A stretch of DNA of 64,000 nucleotides from Eledone cirrhosa (lineage: Eukaryota). Position numbers and translations under genes: made by a program. Location of the stretch: the NCBI GenBank assembly GCA_964016885.1, contig CAXHJY010000275.1:1-64000 (forward strand), written 5' to 3'. Below are positions 27,301-45,300 of the stretch, piece after piece. Numbering within the stretch: position 1 is the first letter of the stretch; every line of letters begins with the position of its first letter. Below the pieces are notes generated by a model. The model had not been told where the DNA came from, ran no database searches, and was given only the letters and a program-made list of their open reading frames with translations.

Positions 27301-30300
27301 GACAGACTATCTTATATACTATGACAGACTATCTTATATACAATGACAGCCACCACAGTATGTATGACAGACTATCTTATATACAATGACAGCCACCACA
27401 GTATGTATGACAGACTGGCTTATATACAATGACAGCCACCACAGTATGTATGACAGACTGGCTTATATACAATGACAGCCACCACAGTATGTATGACAGA
27501 CTATCTTATATACAATGACAGCTACCACAGTATGTATGACACTAGCTTATATACAATAACAGCCACCACAGTATGTATGACAGACTGGCTTATATACAAT
27601 GACAGACTATCTTATATACAATGACAGCCACCACAGTATGTATGACAGACTATCTTCTATACAATGACAGCCACCACAGTATGTATGACAGACTATCTTA
27701 TATACAATGACAGCCACCACAGTATGTATGACAGACTGGCTTATATACAATGACAGCCACCACAGTATGTATGACAGACTAGCTTATATACAATGACAGC
27801 CACCACAGTATGTATGACAGACTGGCTTATATACAATGACAGCCACCACAGTATGTATGACAGACTATCTTATATACAATGACAGCCACCACAGTATGTA
27901 TGACAGACTGGCTTATATACAATGACAGCCACCACAGTATGTATGACAGACTATCTTATATACAATGACAGCCACCACAGTATGTATGACAGACTGGCTT
28001 ATATACAATGACAGCCACCACAGTATGTATGACAGACTATCTTATATACAATGACAGCCACCACAGTATGTATGACAGACTATCTTATATACAATGACAG
28101 CCATCACAGTATGTATGACAGCCACCACAGTATGTATGACAGACTATCTTATATACAATGACAGCCACCACAGTATGTATGACAGACTATCTTATATACA
28201 ATGACAGCTACCACAGTATGTATGACAGACTATCTTATATACAATGACAGCCACCACAGTATGTATGACAGACTATCTTATATACAATGACAGCCACCAC
28301 AGTATGTATGACAGACTGGCTTATATACAATGACGGACTATCTTATATACAATGACAGCCACCACAGTATGTATGACAGACTATCTTATATACAATGACA
28401 GCCACCACAGTATGTATGACAGACTATCTTATATACAATGACAGCCACCACAGTATGTATGACAGACTATCTTATATACAATGACAGCCACCACAGTATG
28501 TATGACAGACTATCTTATATACAATGACAGCCATCACAGTATGTATGACAGCCACCACAGTATGTATGACAGACTATCTTATATACAATGACAGCCACCA
28601 CAGTATGTATGACAGACTATCTTATATACAATGACAGCTACCACAGTACGTATGACACTAGCTTATATACAATAACAGCCACCACAGTATGTATGACAGA
28701 CTATCTTATATACAATGACAGCCACCACAGTATGTATGACAGACTATCTTATATACAATGACAGCCATCACAGTATGTATGACAGCCACCACAGTATGTA
28801 TGACAGACTATCTTATATACAATGACAGCCACCACAGTATGTATGACAGACTATCTTATATACAATGACAGCTACCACAGTATGTATGACAGACTATCTT
28901 ATATACAATGACAGCCACCACAGTATGTATGACAGACTATCTTATATACAATGACAGCCACCACAGTATGTATGACAGACTGGCTTATATACAATGACGG
29001 ACTATCTTATATACAATGACAGCCACCACAGTATGTATGACAGACTATCTTATATACAATGACAGCCACCACAGTATGTATGACAGACTATCTTATATAC
29101 AATGACAGCCACCACAGTATGTATGACAGACTATCTTATATACAATGACAGCCACCACAGTATGTATGACAGACTATCTTATATACAATGACAGCCATCA
29201 CAGTATGTATGACAGCCACCACAGTATGTATGACAGACTATCTTATATACAATGACAGCCACCACAGTATGTATGACAGACTATCTTATATACAATGACA
29301 GCTACCACAGTACGTATGACACTAGCTTATATACAATAACAGCCACCACACTATGTATGACAGACTAGCTTATATACAATGACGGACTATCTTATATACA
29401 ATGACAGCCACCACAGTATGTATGACAGACTATCTTATATACAATGACAGCCACCACAGTATGTATGACAGACTATCTTATATACAATGACAGCCACCAC
29501 AGTATGTATGACAGACTATCTTATATACAATGACAGCCACCACAGTATGTATGACAGACTATCTTATATACAATGACAGCCACCACAGTATGTATGACAG
29601 ACTATCTTATATACAATGAAAGCCACCACAGTATGTATGACAGACTATCTTATATACAATGACAGCCACCACAGTATGTATGACAGACTATCTTATATAC
29701 AATGACAGCCACCACAGTATGTATGACACACTATCTTATATACAATGACAGCCACCACAGTATGTATGACAGACTATCTTATATACAATGACAGCCACCA
29801 CAGTATGTATGACAGACTATCTTATATACAATGACAGCCACCACAGTATGTATGACAGACTATCTTATATACAATGACAGCCACCACTGTATGTATGACA
29901 GACTATCTTATATACAATGACAGCCACCACAGTATGTATGACAGACTGGCTTATATACAATGACAGCCACCACAGTATGTATGACAGACTATCTTATATA
30001 CAATGACAGCCACCACTGTATGTATGACAGACTATCTTATATACAATGACAGCCACCACAGTATGTATGACAGACTATCTTATATACAATGACAGCCACC
30101 ACACTATATATGACAGACTAGCTTATATACAATGACAGCCACCACAGTATGTATGACAGACTGGCTTATATACAATGACGGACTATCTTATATACAATGA
30201 CAGCCACCACAGTATGTATGACAGACTATCTTATATACAATGACAGCCACCACAGTATGTATGACAGACTATCTTATATACAATGACAGCCACCACAGTA

Positions 30301-33300
30301 TGTATGACAGACTATCTTATATACAATGACAGCCACCACAGTATGTATGACAGACTATCTTATATACAATGACAGCCACCACAGTATGTATGACAGACTA
30401 TCTTATATACAATGACAGCCACCACAGTATGTATGACAGACTATCTTATATACAATGACAGCCACCACAGTATGTATGACAGACTATCTTCTATACAATG
30501 ACAGCCACCACAGTATGTATGACAGACTACCTTATATACAATGACAGCCACCACAGTATGTATGACAGACTATCTTATATACAATGACAGCCACCACAGT
30601 ATGTATGACAGACTATCTTATATACAATGACAGCCACCACAGTATGTATGACTGACTGACTTATATACAATGACAGCCACCACAGTATGTATGACAGACT
30701 ATCTTATATACAATGACAGCCACCACAGTATGTATGACAGACTATCTTATATACAATGACAGCCACCACAGTATGTATGACAGACTATCTTATATACAAT
30801 GACAGCCACCACAGTATGTATGACAGACTATCTTATATACAATGACAGCCACCACAGTATGTATGACAGACTATCTTATATGCAATGACAGCCACCACAG
30901 TATGTATGACAGACTGGCTTATATACAATGACAGCCACCACAGTATGTATGACAGACTATCTTCTATACAATGACAGCCACCACAGTATGTATGACAGAC
31001 TACCTTATATACAATGACAGCCACCACAGTATGTATGACAGACTATCTTATATACAATGACAGCCACCACAGTATGTATGACAGACTATCTTATATACAA
31101 TGACAGCTACCACAGTACGTATGACACTAGCTTATATACAATAACAGCCACCACACTATGTATGACAGACTAGCTTATATACAATGACGGACTATCTTAT
31201 ATACAATGACAGCCACCACAGTATGTATGACAGACTATCTTATATACAATGACAGCCACCACAGTATGTATGACAGACTATCTTATATACAATGACAGCC
31301 ACCACAGTATGTATGACAGACTATCTTATATACAATGACAGCCACCACAGTATGTATGACAGACTATCTTATATACAATGACAGCCACCACAGTATGTAT
31401 GACAGACTATCTTATATACAATGAAAGCCACCACAGTATGTATGACAGACTATCTTATATACAATGACAGCCACCACAGTATGTATGACAGACTATCTTA
31501 TATACAATGACAGCCACCACAGTATGTATGACACACTATCTTATATACAATGACAGCCACCACAGTATGTATGACAGACTATCTTATATACAATGACAGC
31601 CACCACAGTATGTATGACAGACTATCTTATATACAATGACAGCCACCACAGTATGTATGACAGACTATCTTATATACAATGACAGCCACCACTGTATGTA
31701 TGACAGACTATCTTATATACAATGACAGCCACCACAGTATGTATGACAGACTGGCTTATATACAATGACAGCCACCACAGTATGTATGACAGACTATCTT
31801 ATATACAATGACAGCCACCACTGTATGTATGACAGACTATCTTATATACAATGACAGCCACCACAGTATGTATGACAGACTGGCTTATATACAATAACAG
31901 CCACCACAGTATGTATGACAGACTATCTTATATACAATGACAGCCACCACAGTATGTATGACAGACTATCTTATATACAATGACAGCCACCACAGTATGT
32001 ATGACACTAGCGTATATACAATGACAGCCACCACAGTATGTATGACAGACTATCTTATATACAATGACAGCCACCACAGTATGTATGACACTAGCGTATA
32101 TACAATGACAGCCACCACAGTATGTATGACAGACTATCTTATATACAATGACAGCCACCACAGTATGTATGACACTAGCTTATATACAATGACAGCTACC
32201 ACAGTATGTATGACAGACTATCTTATATACAATGACAGCCACCACAGTATGTATGACTGACTGACTTATATACAATGACAGCCACCACAGTATGTATGAC
32301 AGACTGGCTTATATACAATGACAGCCACCACAGTATGTATGACAGACTGGCTTCTATACAATGACAGCCACCACAGTATGTATGACAGACTATCTTATAT
32401 ACAATGACAGCCACCACAGTATGTATGACAGACTATCTTATATACAATGACAGCTACCACAGTATGTATGACAGACTATCTTATATACAATGACAGCCAC
32501 CACAGTATGTATGACAGACTGGCTTCTATACAATGACAGCCACCACAGTATGTATGACAGACTATCTTATATACAATGACAGCCACCACAGTATGTATGA
32601 CAGACTATCTTATATACTATGACAGACTATCTTATATACAATGACAGCCACCACAGTATGTATGACAGACTATCTTATATACAATGACAGCCACCACAGT
32701 ATGTATGACAGACTGGCTTATATACAATGACAGCCACCACAGTATGTATGACAGACTGGCTTATATACAATGACAGCCACCACAGTATGTATGACAGACT
32801 ATCTTATATACAATGACAGCTACCACAGTATGTATGACACTAGCTTATATACAATAACAGCCACCACAGTATGTATGACAGACTGGCTTATATACAATGA
32901 CAGACTATCTTATATACAATGACAGCCACCACAGTATGTATGACAGACTATCTTCTATACAATGACAGCCACCACAGTATGTATGACAGACTATCTTATA
33001 TACAATGACAGCCACCACAGTATGTATGACAGACTGGCTTATATACAATGACAGCCACCACAGTATGTATGACAGACTAGCTTATATACAATGACAGCCA
33101 CCACAGTATGTATGACAGACTGGCTTATATACAATGACAGCCACCACAGTATGTATGACAGACTATCTTATATACAATGACAGCCACCACAGTATGTATG
33201 ACAGACTGGCTTATATACAATGACAGCCACCACAGTATGTATGACAGACTATCTTATATACAATGACAGCCACCACAGTATGTATGACAGACTATCTTAT

Positions 33301-36300
33301 ATACAATGACAGCTACCACAGTATGTATGACAGACTGGCTTATATAGAATGACAGCCACCACAGTATGTATGACAGACTATCTTATATACAATGACAGCC
33401 ACCACAGTATGTATGACAGACTATCTTATATACAATGACAGCCACCACAGTATGTATGACAGACTGGCTTATATACAATGACAGCCACCACAGTATGTAT
33501 GACAGACTGGCTTATATACAATGACAGCCACCACAGTATGTATGACAGACTGGCTTATATACAATGACAGCCACCACAGTATGTATGACAGACTATCTTA
33601 TATACAATGACAGCCACCACAGTATGTATGACAGACTGGCTTATATACAATGACAGCCACCACAGTATGTATGACAGACTATCTTATATACAATGACAGC
33701 CACCACAGTATGTATGACAGACTGGCTTATATACAATGACAGCCACCACAGTATGTATGACAGACTATCTTATATACAATGACAGCCACCACAGTATGTA
33801 TGACAGACTATCTTATATACAATGACAGCCATCACAGTATGTATGACAGCCACCACAGTATGTATGACAGACTATCTTATATACAATGACAGCCACCACA
33901 GTATGTATGACAGACTATCTTATATACAATGACAGCTACCACAGTATGTATGACAGACTATCTTATATACAATGACAGCCACCACAGTATGTATGACAGA
34001 CTATCTTATATACAATGACAGCCACCACAGTATGTATGACAGACTGGCTTATATACAATGACGGACTATCTTATATACAATGACAGCCACCACAGTATGT
34101 ATGACAGACTATCTTATATACAATGACAGCCACCACAGTATGTATGACAGACTATCTTATATACAATGACAGCCACCACAGTATGTATGACAGACTATCT
34201 TATATACAATGACAGCCACCACAGTATGTATGACAGACTATCTTATATACAATGACAGCCATCACAGTATGTATGACAGCCACCACAGTATGTATGACAG
34301 ACTATCTTATATACAATGACAGCCACCACAGTATGTATGACAGACTATCTTATATACAATGACAGCTACCACAGTACGTATGACACTAGCTTATATACAA
34401 TAACAGCCACCACAGTATGTATGACAGACTATCTTATATACAATGACAGCCACCACAGTATGTATGACAGACTATCTTATATACAATGACAGCCACCACA
34501 CTATGTATGACAGACTAGCTTATATACAATGACAGCCACCACAGTATGTATGACAGACTGGCTTATATACAATGACGGACTATCTTATATACAATGACAG
34601 CCACCACAGTATGTATGACAGACTATCTTATATACAATGACAGCCACCACAGTATGTATGACAGACTATCTTATATACAATGACAGCCACCACAGTATGT
34701 ATGACAGACTATCTTATATACAATGACAGCCACCACAGTATGTATGACAGACTATCTTATATACAATGACAGCCACCACAGTATGTATGACAGACTATCT
34801 TATATACAATGACAGCCACCACAGTATGTATGACAGACTATCTTATATACAATGACAGCCACCACAGTATGTATGACAGACTATCTTATATACAATGACA
34901 GCCACCACAGTATGTATGACAGACTATCTTATATACAATGACAGCCACCACAGTATGTATGACACACTATCTTATATACAATGACAGCCACCACAGTATG
35001 TATGACAGACTATCTTATATACAATGACAGCCACCACAGTATGTATGACAGACTATCTTCTATACAATGACAGCCACCACAGTATGTATGACAGACTATC
35101 TTATATACAATGACAGCCACCACAGTATGTATGACAGACTGGCTTATATACAATGACAGCCACCACAGTATGTATGACAGACTATCTTATATACAATGAC
35201 AGCCACCACAGTATGTATGACAGACTGGCTTATATACAATGACAGCTACCACAGTATGTATGACAGACTATCTTCTATACAATGACAGCCACCACAGTAT
35301 GTATGACAGACTGGCTTATATACAATGACAGCCACCACAGTATGTATGACAGACTGGCTTATATACAATGACAGCCACCACAGTATGTTTGACAGACTGG
35401 CATATATACAATGACAGCCACCACAGTATGTATGACAGACTGGCATATATACAATGACAGCCACCACAGTATGTATGACAGACTATCTTATATACACTGA
35501 CAGCCACCACAGTATGTATGACAGACTGGCTTATATACAATGACAGCCACCACAGTATGTATGACAGACTATCTTATATACACTGACAGCCACCACAGTA
35601 TGTATGACAGACTATCTTATATACAATGACAGCTACCACAGTATGTATGACAGACTGGCTTATATACAATGACAGCCACCACAGTATGTATGACAGACTG
35701 GCTTATATACAATGACAACCACCACAGTATGTATGACAGACTATCTTATATACAATGACAACCACCACAGTATGTATGACAGACTATCTTATATACAATG
35801 ACAGCCACCACAGTATGTCTGACAGACTATCTTATATACATTGACAACCACCACAGTATGTATGACAGACTATCTTATATACAATGACAGCCACCACAGT
35901 ATGTATGACAGACTATCTTATATACAATGACAGCCACCACAGTATGTATGACAGACTGGCTTATATACAATGACAGCCACCACAGTATGTATGACAGACT
36001 AGCTTATATACAATGACAGCCACCACAGTATGTATGACAGACTACCTTATATACAATGACAGCCACCACAGTATGTATGACAGACTATCTTATATACAAT
36101 GACAGCCACCACAGTATGTATGACAGACTATCTTATATACAATGACAGCCACCACAGTATGTATGACAGACTATCTTATATACAATGACAGCCACCACAG
36201 TATGTATGACAGACTGGCTTATATACAATGACAGCCACCACAGTATGTATGACAGACTGGCTTATATACAATGACAGCCACCACAGTATGTATGAAAGAC

Positions 36301-39300
36301 TATCTTATATACAATGACAGCCACCACAGTATGTATGACAGACTATCTTATATACAATGACAGCCACCACAGTATGTATGACAGACTATCTTCTATACAA
36401 TGACAGCCACCACAGTATGTATGAAAGACTATCTTATATACAATGACAGCCACCACAGTATGTATGACAGACTATCTTATATACAATGACAGCCACCACA
36501 GTATGTATGACAGACTATCTTCTATACAATGACAGCCACCACAGTATGTATGACAGACTATCTTATATACAATGACAGCCACCACAGTATGTATGACAGA
36601 CTGGCTTATATACAATGACAGCCACCACAGTATGTATGACAGACTAGCTTATATACAATGACAGCCACCACAGTATGTATGACAGACTGGCTTATATACA
36701 ATGACAGCCACCACAGTATGTATGACAGACTATCTTATATACAATGACAGCCACCACAGTATGTATGACAGACTGGCTTATATACAATGACAGCCACCAC
36801 AGTATGTATGACAGACTATCTTATATACAATGACAGCCACCACAGTATGTATGACAGACTATCTTATATACAATGACAGCTACCACAGTATGTATGACAG
36901 ACTGGCTTATATAGAATGACAGCCACCACAGTATGTATGACAGACTATCTTATATACAATGACAGCCACCACAGTATGTATGACAGACTATCTTATATAC
37001 AATGACAGCCACCACAGTATGTATGACAGACTGGCTTATATACAATGACAGCCACCACAGTATGTATGACAGACTGGCTTATATACAATGACAGCCACCA
37101 CAGTATGTATGACAGACTGGCTTATATACAATGACAGCCACCACAGTATGTATGACAGACTATCTTATATACAATGACAGCCACCACAGTATGTATGACA
37201 GACTGGCTTATATACAATGACAGCCACCACAGTATGTATGACAGACTATCTTATATACAATGACAGCCACCACAGTATGTATGACAGACTGGCTTATATA
37301 CAATGACAGCCACCACAGTATGTATGACAGACTATCTTATATACAATGACAGCCACCACAGTATGTATGACAGACTATCTTATATACAATGACAGCCATC
37401 ACAGTATGTATGACAGCCACCACAGTATGTATGACAGACTATCTTATATACAATGACAGCCACCACAGTATGTATGACAGACTATCTTATATACAATGAC
37501 AGCTACCACAGTATGTATGACAGACTATCTTATATACAATGACAGCCACCACAGTATGTATGACAGACTATCTTATATACAATGACAGCCACCACAGTAT
37601 GTATGACAGACTGGCTTATATACAATGACGGACTATCTTATATACAATGACAGCCACCACAGTATGTATGACAGACTATCTTATATACAATGACAGCCAC
37701 CACAGTATGTATGACAGACTATCTTATATACAATGACAGCCACCACAGTATGTATGACAGACTATCTTATATACAATGACAGCCACCACAGTATGTATGA
37801 CAGACTATCTTATATACAATGACAGCCATCACAGTATGTATGACAGCCACCACAGTATGTATGACAGACTATCTTATATACAATGACAGCCACCACAGTA
37901 TGTATGACAGACTATCTTATATACAATGACAGCTACCACAGTACGTATGACACTAGCTTATATACAATAACAGCCACCACACTATGTATGACAGACTAGC
38001 TTATATACAATGACGGACTATCTTATATACAATGACAGCCACCACAGTATGTATGACAGACTATCTTATATACAATGACAGCCACCACAGTATGTATGAC
38101 AGACTATCTTATATACAATGACAGCCACCACAGTATGTATGACAGACTATCTTATATACAATGACAGCCACCACAGTATGTATGACAGACTATCTTATAT
38201 ACAATGACAGCCACCACAGTATGTATGACAGACTATCTTATATACAATGAAAGCCACCACAGTATGTATGACAGACTATCTTATATACAATGACAGCCAC
38301 CACAGTATGTATGACAGACTATCTTATATACAATGACAGCCACCACAGTATGTATGACACACTATCTTATATACAATGACAGCCACCACAGTATGTATGA
38401 CAGACTATCTTATATACAATGACAGCCACCACAGTATGTATGACAGACTATCTTATATACAATGACAGCCACCACAGTATGTATGACAGACTATCTTATA
38501 TACAATGACAGCCACCACTGTATGTATGACAGACTATCTTATATACAATGACAGCCACCACAGTATGTATGACAGACTGGCTTATATACAATGACAGCCA
38601 CCACAGTATGTATGACAGACTATCTTATATACAATGACAGCCACCACTGTATGTATGACAGACTATCTTATATACAATGACAGCCACCACAGTATGTATG
38701 ACAGACTGGCTTATATACAATAACAGCCACCACAGTATGTATGACAGACTATCTTATATACAATGACAGCCACCACAGTATGTATGACAGACTATCTTAT
38801 ATACAATGACAGCCACCACAGTATGTATGACACTAGCGTATATACAATGACAGCCACCACAGTATGTATGACAGACTATCTTATATACAATGACAGCCAC
38901 CACAGTATGTATGACACTAGCGTATATACAATGACAGCCACCACAGTATGTATGACAGACTATCTTATATACAATGACAGCCACCACAGTATGTATGACA
39001 CTAGCTTATATACAATGACAGCTACCACAGTATGTATGACAGACTATCTTATATACAATGACAGCCACCACAGTATGTATGACTGACTGACTTATATACA
39101 ATGACAGCCACCACAGTATGTATGACAGACTGGCTTATATACAATGACAGCCACCACAGTATGTATGACAGACTGGCTTCTATACAATGACAGCCACCAC
39201 AGTATGTATGACAGACTATCTTATATACAATGACAGCCACCACAGTATGTATGACAGACTATCTTATATACAATGACAGCTACCACAGTATGTATGACAG

Positions 39301-42300
39301 ACTATCTTATATACAATGACAGCCACCACAGTATGTATGACAGACTGGCTTCTATACAATGACAGCCACCACAGTATGTATGACAGACTATCTTATATAC
39401 AATGACAGCCACCACAGTATGTATGACAGACTATCTTATATACTATGACAGACTATCTTATATACAATGACAGCCACCACAGTATGTATGACAGACTATC
39501 TTATATACAATGACAGCCACCACAGTATGTATGACAGACTGGCTTATATACAATGACAGCCACCACAGTATGTATGACAGACTGGCTTATATACAATGAC
39601 AGCCACCACAGTATGTATGACAGACTATCTTATATACAATGACAGCTACCACAGTATGTATGACACTAGCTTATATACAATAACAGCCACCACAGTATGT
39701 ATGACAGACTGGCTTATATACAATGACAGACTATCTTATATACAATGACAGCCACCACAGTATGTATGACAGACTATCTTCTATACAATGACAGCCACCA
39801 CAGTATGTATGACAGACTATCTTATATACAATGACAGCCACCACAGTATGTATGACAGACTGGCTTATATACAATGACAGCCACCACAGTATGTATGACA
39901 GACTAGCTTATATACAATGACAGCCACCACAGTATGTATGACAGACTGGCTTATATACAATGACAGCCACCACAGTATGTATGACAGACTATCTTATATA
40001 CAATGACAGCCACCACAGTATGTATGACAGACTGGCTTATATACAATGACAGCCACCACAGTATGTATGACAGACTATCTTATATACAATGACAGCCACC
40101 ACAGTATGTATGACAGACTATCTTATATACAATGACAGCTACCACAGTATGTATGACAGACTGGCTTATATAGAATGACAGCCACCACAGTATGTATGAC
40201 AGACTATCTTATATACAATGACAGCCACCACAGTATGTATGACAGACTATCTTATATACAATGACAGCCACCACAGTATGTATGACAGACTGGCTTATAT
40301 ACAATGACAGCCACCACAGTATGTATGACAGACTGGCTTATATACAATGACAGCCACCACAGTATGTATGACAGACTGGCTTATATACAATGACAGCCAC
40401 CACAGTATGTATGACAGACTATCTTATATACAATGACAGCCACCACAGTATGTATGACAGACTGGCTTATATACAATGACAGCCACCACAGTATGTATGA
40501 CAGACTATCTTATATACAATGACAGCCACCACAGTATGTATGACAGACTGGCTTATATACAATGACAGCCACCACAGTATGTATGACAGACTATCTTATA
40601 TACAATGACAGCCACCACAGTATGTATGACAGACTATCTTATATACAATGACAGCCATCACAGTATGTATGACAGCCACCACAGTATGTATGACAGACTA
40701 TCTTATATACAATGACAGCCACCACAGTATGTATGACAGACTATCTTATATACAATGACAGCTACCACAGTATGTATGACAGACTATCTTATATACAATG
40801 ACAGCCACCACAGTATGTATGACAGACTATCTTATATACAATGACAGCCACCACAGTATGTATGACAGACTGGCTTATATACAATGACGGACTATCTTAT
40901 ATACAATGACAGCCACCACAGTATGTATGACAGACTATCTTATATACAATGACAGCCACCACAGTATGTATGACAGACTATCTTATATACAATGACAGCC
41001 ACCACAGTATGTATGACAGACTATCTTATATACAATGACAGCCACCACAGTATGTATGACAGACTATCTTATATACAATGACAGCCATCACAGTATGTAT
41101 GACAGCCACCACAGTATGTATGACAGACTATCTTATATACAATGACAGCCACCACAGTATGTATGACAGACTATCTTATATACAATGACAGCTACCACAG
41201 TACGTATGACACTAGCTTATATACAATAACAGCCACCACAGTATGTATGACAGACTATCTTATATACAATGACAGCCACCACAGTATGTATGACAGACTA
41301 TCTTATATACAATGACAGCCACCACACTATGTATGACAGACTAGCTTATATACAATGACAGCCACCACAGTATGTATGACAGACTGGCTTATATACAATG
41401 ACGGACTATCTTATATACAATGACAGCCACCACAGTATGTATGACAGACTATCTTATATACAATGACAGCCACCACAGTATGTATGACAGACTATCTTAT
41501 ATACAATGACAGCCACCACAGTATGTATGACAGACTATCTTATATACAATGACAGCCACCACAGTATGTATGACAGACTATCTTATATACAATGACAGCC
41601 ACCACAGTATGTATGACAGACTATCTTATATACAATGACAGCCACCACAGTATGTATGACAGACTATCTTATATACAATGACAGCCACCACAGTATGTAT
41701 GACAGACTATCTTATATACAATGACAGCCACCACAGTATGTATGACAGACTATCTTATATACAATGACAGCCACCACAGTATGTATGACAGACTATCTTA
41801 TATACAATGACAGCCACCACAGTATGTATGACAGACTATCTTATATACAATGACAGCCACCACAGTATGTATGACAGACTATCTTATATACAATGACAGC
41901 CACCACAGTATGTATGACAGACTATCTTATATACAATGACAGCCACCACAGTATGTATGACACACTATCTTATATACAATGACAGCCACCACAGTATGTA
42001 TGACAGACTATCTTATATACAATGACAGCCACCACAGTATGTATGACAGACTATCTTCTATACAATGACAGCCACCACAGTATGTATGACAGACTATCTT
42101 ATATACAATGACAGCCACCACAGTATGTATGACAGACTGGCTTATATACAATGACAGCCACCACAGTATGTATGACAGACTATCTTATATACAATGACAG
42201 CCACCACAGTATGTATGACAGACTGGCTTATATACAATGACAGCTACCACAGTATGTATGACAGACTATCTTCTATACAATGACAGCCACCACAGTATGT

Positions 42301-45300
42301 ATGACAGACTGGCTTATATACAATGACAGCCACCACAGTATGTATGACAGACTGGCTTATATACAATGACAGCCACCACAGTATGTTTGACAGACTGGCA
42401 TATATACAATGACAGCCACCACAGTATGTATGACAGACTGGCATATATACAATGACAGCCACCACAGTATGTATGACAGACTATCTTATATACACTGACA
42501 GCCACCACAGTATGTATGACAGACTGGCTTATATACAATGACAGCCACCACAGTATGTATGACAGACTATCTTATATACACTGACAGCCACCACAGTATG
42601 TATGACAGACTATCTTATATACAATGACAGCTACCACAGTATGTATGACAGACTGGCTTATATACAATGACAGCCACCACAGTATGTATGACAGACTGGC
42701 TTATATACAATGACAACCACCACAGTATGTATGACAGACTATCTTATATACAATGACAACCACCACAGTATGTATGACAGACTATCTTATATACAATGAC
42801 AGCCACCACAGTATGTCTGACAGACTATCTTATATACATTGACAACCACCACAGTATGTATGACAGACTATCTTATATACAATGACAGCCACCACAGTAT
42901 GTATGACAGACTATCTTATATACAATGACAGCCACCACAGTATGTATGACAGACTGGCTTATATACAATGACAGCCACCACAGTATGTATGACAGACTAG
43001 CTTATATACAATGACAGCCACCACAGTATGTATGACAGACTACCTTATATACAATGACAGCCACCACAGTATGTATGACAGACTATCTTATATACAATGA
43101 CAGCCACCACAGTATGTATGACAGACTATCTTATATACAATGACAGCCACCACAGTATGTATGACAGACTATCTTATATACAATGACAGCCACCACAGTA
43201 TGTATGACAGACTGGCTTATATACAATGACAGCCACCACAGTATGTATGACAGACTGGCTTATATACAATGACAGCCACCACAGTATGTATGAAAGACTA
43301 TCTTATATACAATGACAGCCACCACAGTATGTATGACAGACTATCTTATATACAATGACAGCCACCACAGTATGTATGACAGACTATCTTCTATACAATG
43401 ACAGCCACCACAGTATGTATGAAAGACTATCTTATATACAATGACAGCCACCACAGTATGTATGACAGACTATCTTATATACAATGACAGCCACCACAGT
43501 ATGTATGACAGACTATCTTCTATACAATGACAGCCACCACAGTATGTATGACAGACTATCTTATATACAATGACAGCCACCACAGTATGTATGACAGACT
43601 GGCTTATATACAATGACAGCCACCACAGTATGTATGACAGACTAGCTTATATACAATGACAGCCACCACAGTATGTATGACAGACTGGCTTATATACAAT
43701 GACAGCCACCACAGTATGTATGACAGACTATCTTATATACAATGACAGCCACCACAGTATGTATGACAGACTGGCTTATATACAATGACAGCCACCACAG
43801 TATGTATGACAGACTATCTTATATACAATGACAGCCACCACAGTATGTATGACAGACTATCTTATATACAATGACAGCTACCACAGTATGTATGACAGAC
43901 TGGCTTATATAGAATGACAGCCACCACAGTATGTATGACAGACTATCTTATATACAATGACAGCCACCACAGTATGTATGACAGACTATCTTATATACAA
44001 TGACAGCCACCACAGTATGTATGACAGACTGGCTTATATACAATGACAGCCACCACAGTATGTATGACAGACTGGCTTATATACAATGACAGCCACCACA
44101 GTATGTATGACAGACTGGCTTATATACAATGACAGCCACCACAGTATGTATGACAGACTATCTTATATACAATGACAGCCACCACAGTATGTATGACAGA
44201 CTGGCTTATATACAATGACAGCCACCACAGTATGTATGACAGACTATCTTATATACAATGACAGCCACCACAGTATGTATGACAGACTGGCTTATATACA
44301 ATGACAGCCACCACAGTATGTATGACAGACTATCTTATATACAATGACAGCCACCACAGTATGTATGACAGACTATCTTATATACAATGACAGCCATCAC
44401 AGTATGTATGACAGCCACCACAGTATGTATGACAGACTATCTTATATACAATGACAGCCACCACAGTATGTATGACAGACTATCTTATATACAATGACAG
44501 CTACCACAGTATGTATGACAGACTATCTTATATACAATGACAGCCACCACAGTATGTATGACAGACTATCTTATATACAATGACAGCCACCACAGTATGT
44601 ATGACAGACTGGCTTATATACAATGACGGACTATCTTATATACAATGACAGCCACCACAGTATGTATGACAGACTATCTTATATACAATGACAGCCACCA
44701 CAGTATGTATGACAGACTATCTTATATACAATGACAGCCACCACAGTATGTATGACAGACTATCTTATATACAATGACAGCCACCACAGTATGTATGACA
44801 GACTATCTTATATACAATGACAGCCATCACAGTATGTATGACAGCCACCACAGTATGTATGACAGACTATCTTATATACAATGACAGCCACCACAGTATG
44901 TATGACAGACTATCTTATATACAATGACAGCTACCACAGTACGTATGACACTAGCTTATATACAATAACAGCCACCACACTATGTATGACAGACTAGCTT
45001 ATATACAATGACAGCCACCACAGTATGTATGACAGACTGGCTTATATACAATGACGGACTATCTTATATACAATGACAGCCACCACAGTATGTATGACAG
45101 ACTATCTTATATACAATGACAGCCACCACAGTATGTATGACAGACTATCTTATATACAATGACAGCCACCACAGTATGTATGACAGACTATCTTATATAC
45201 AATGACAGCCACCACAGTATGTATGACAGACTATCTTATATACAATGACAGCCACCACAGTATGTATGACAGACTATCTTATATACAATGACAGCCACCA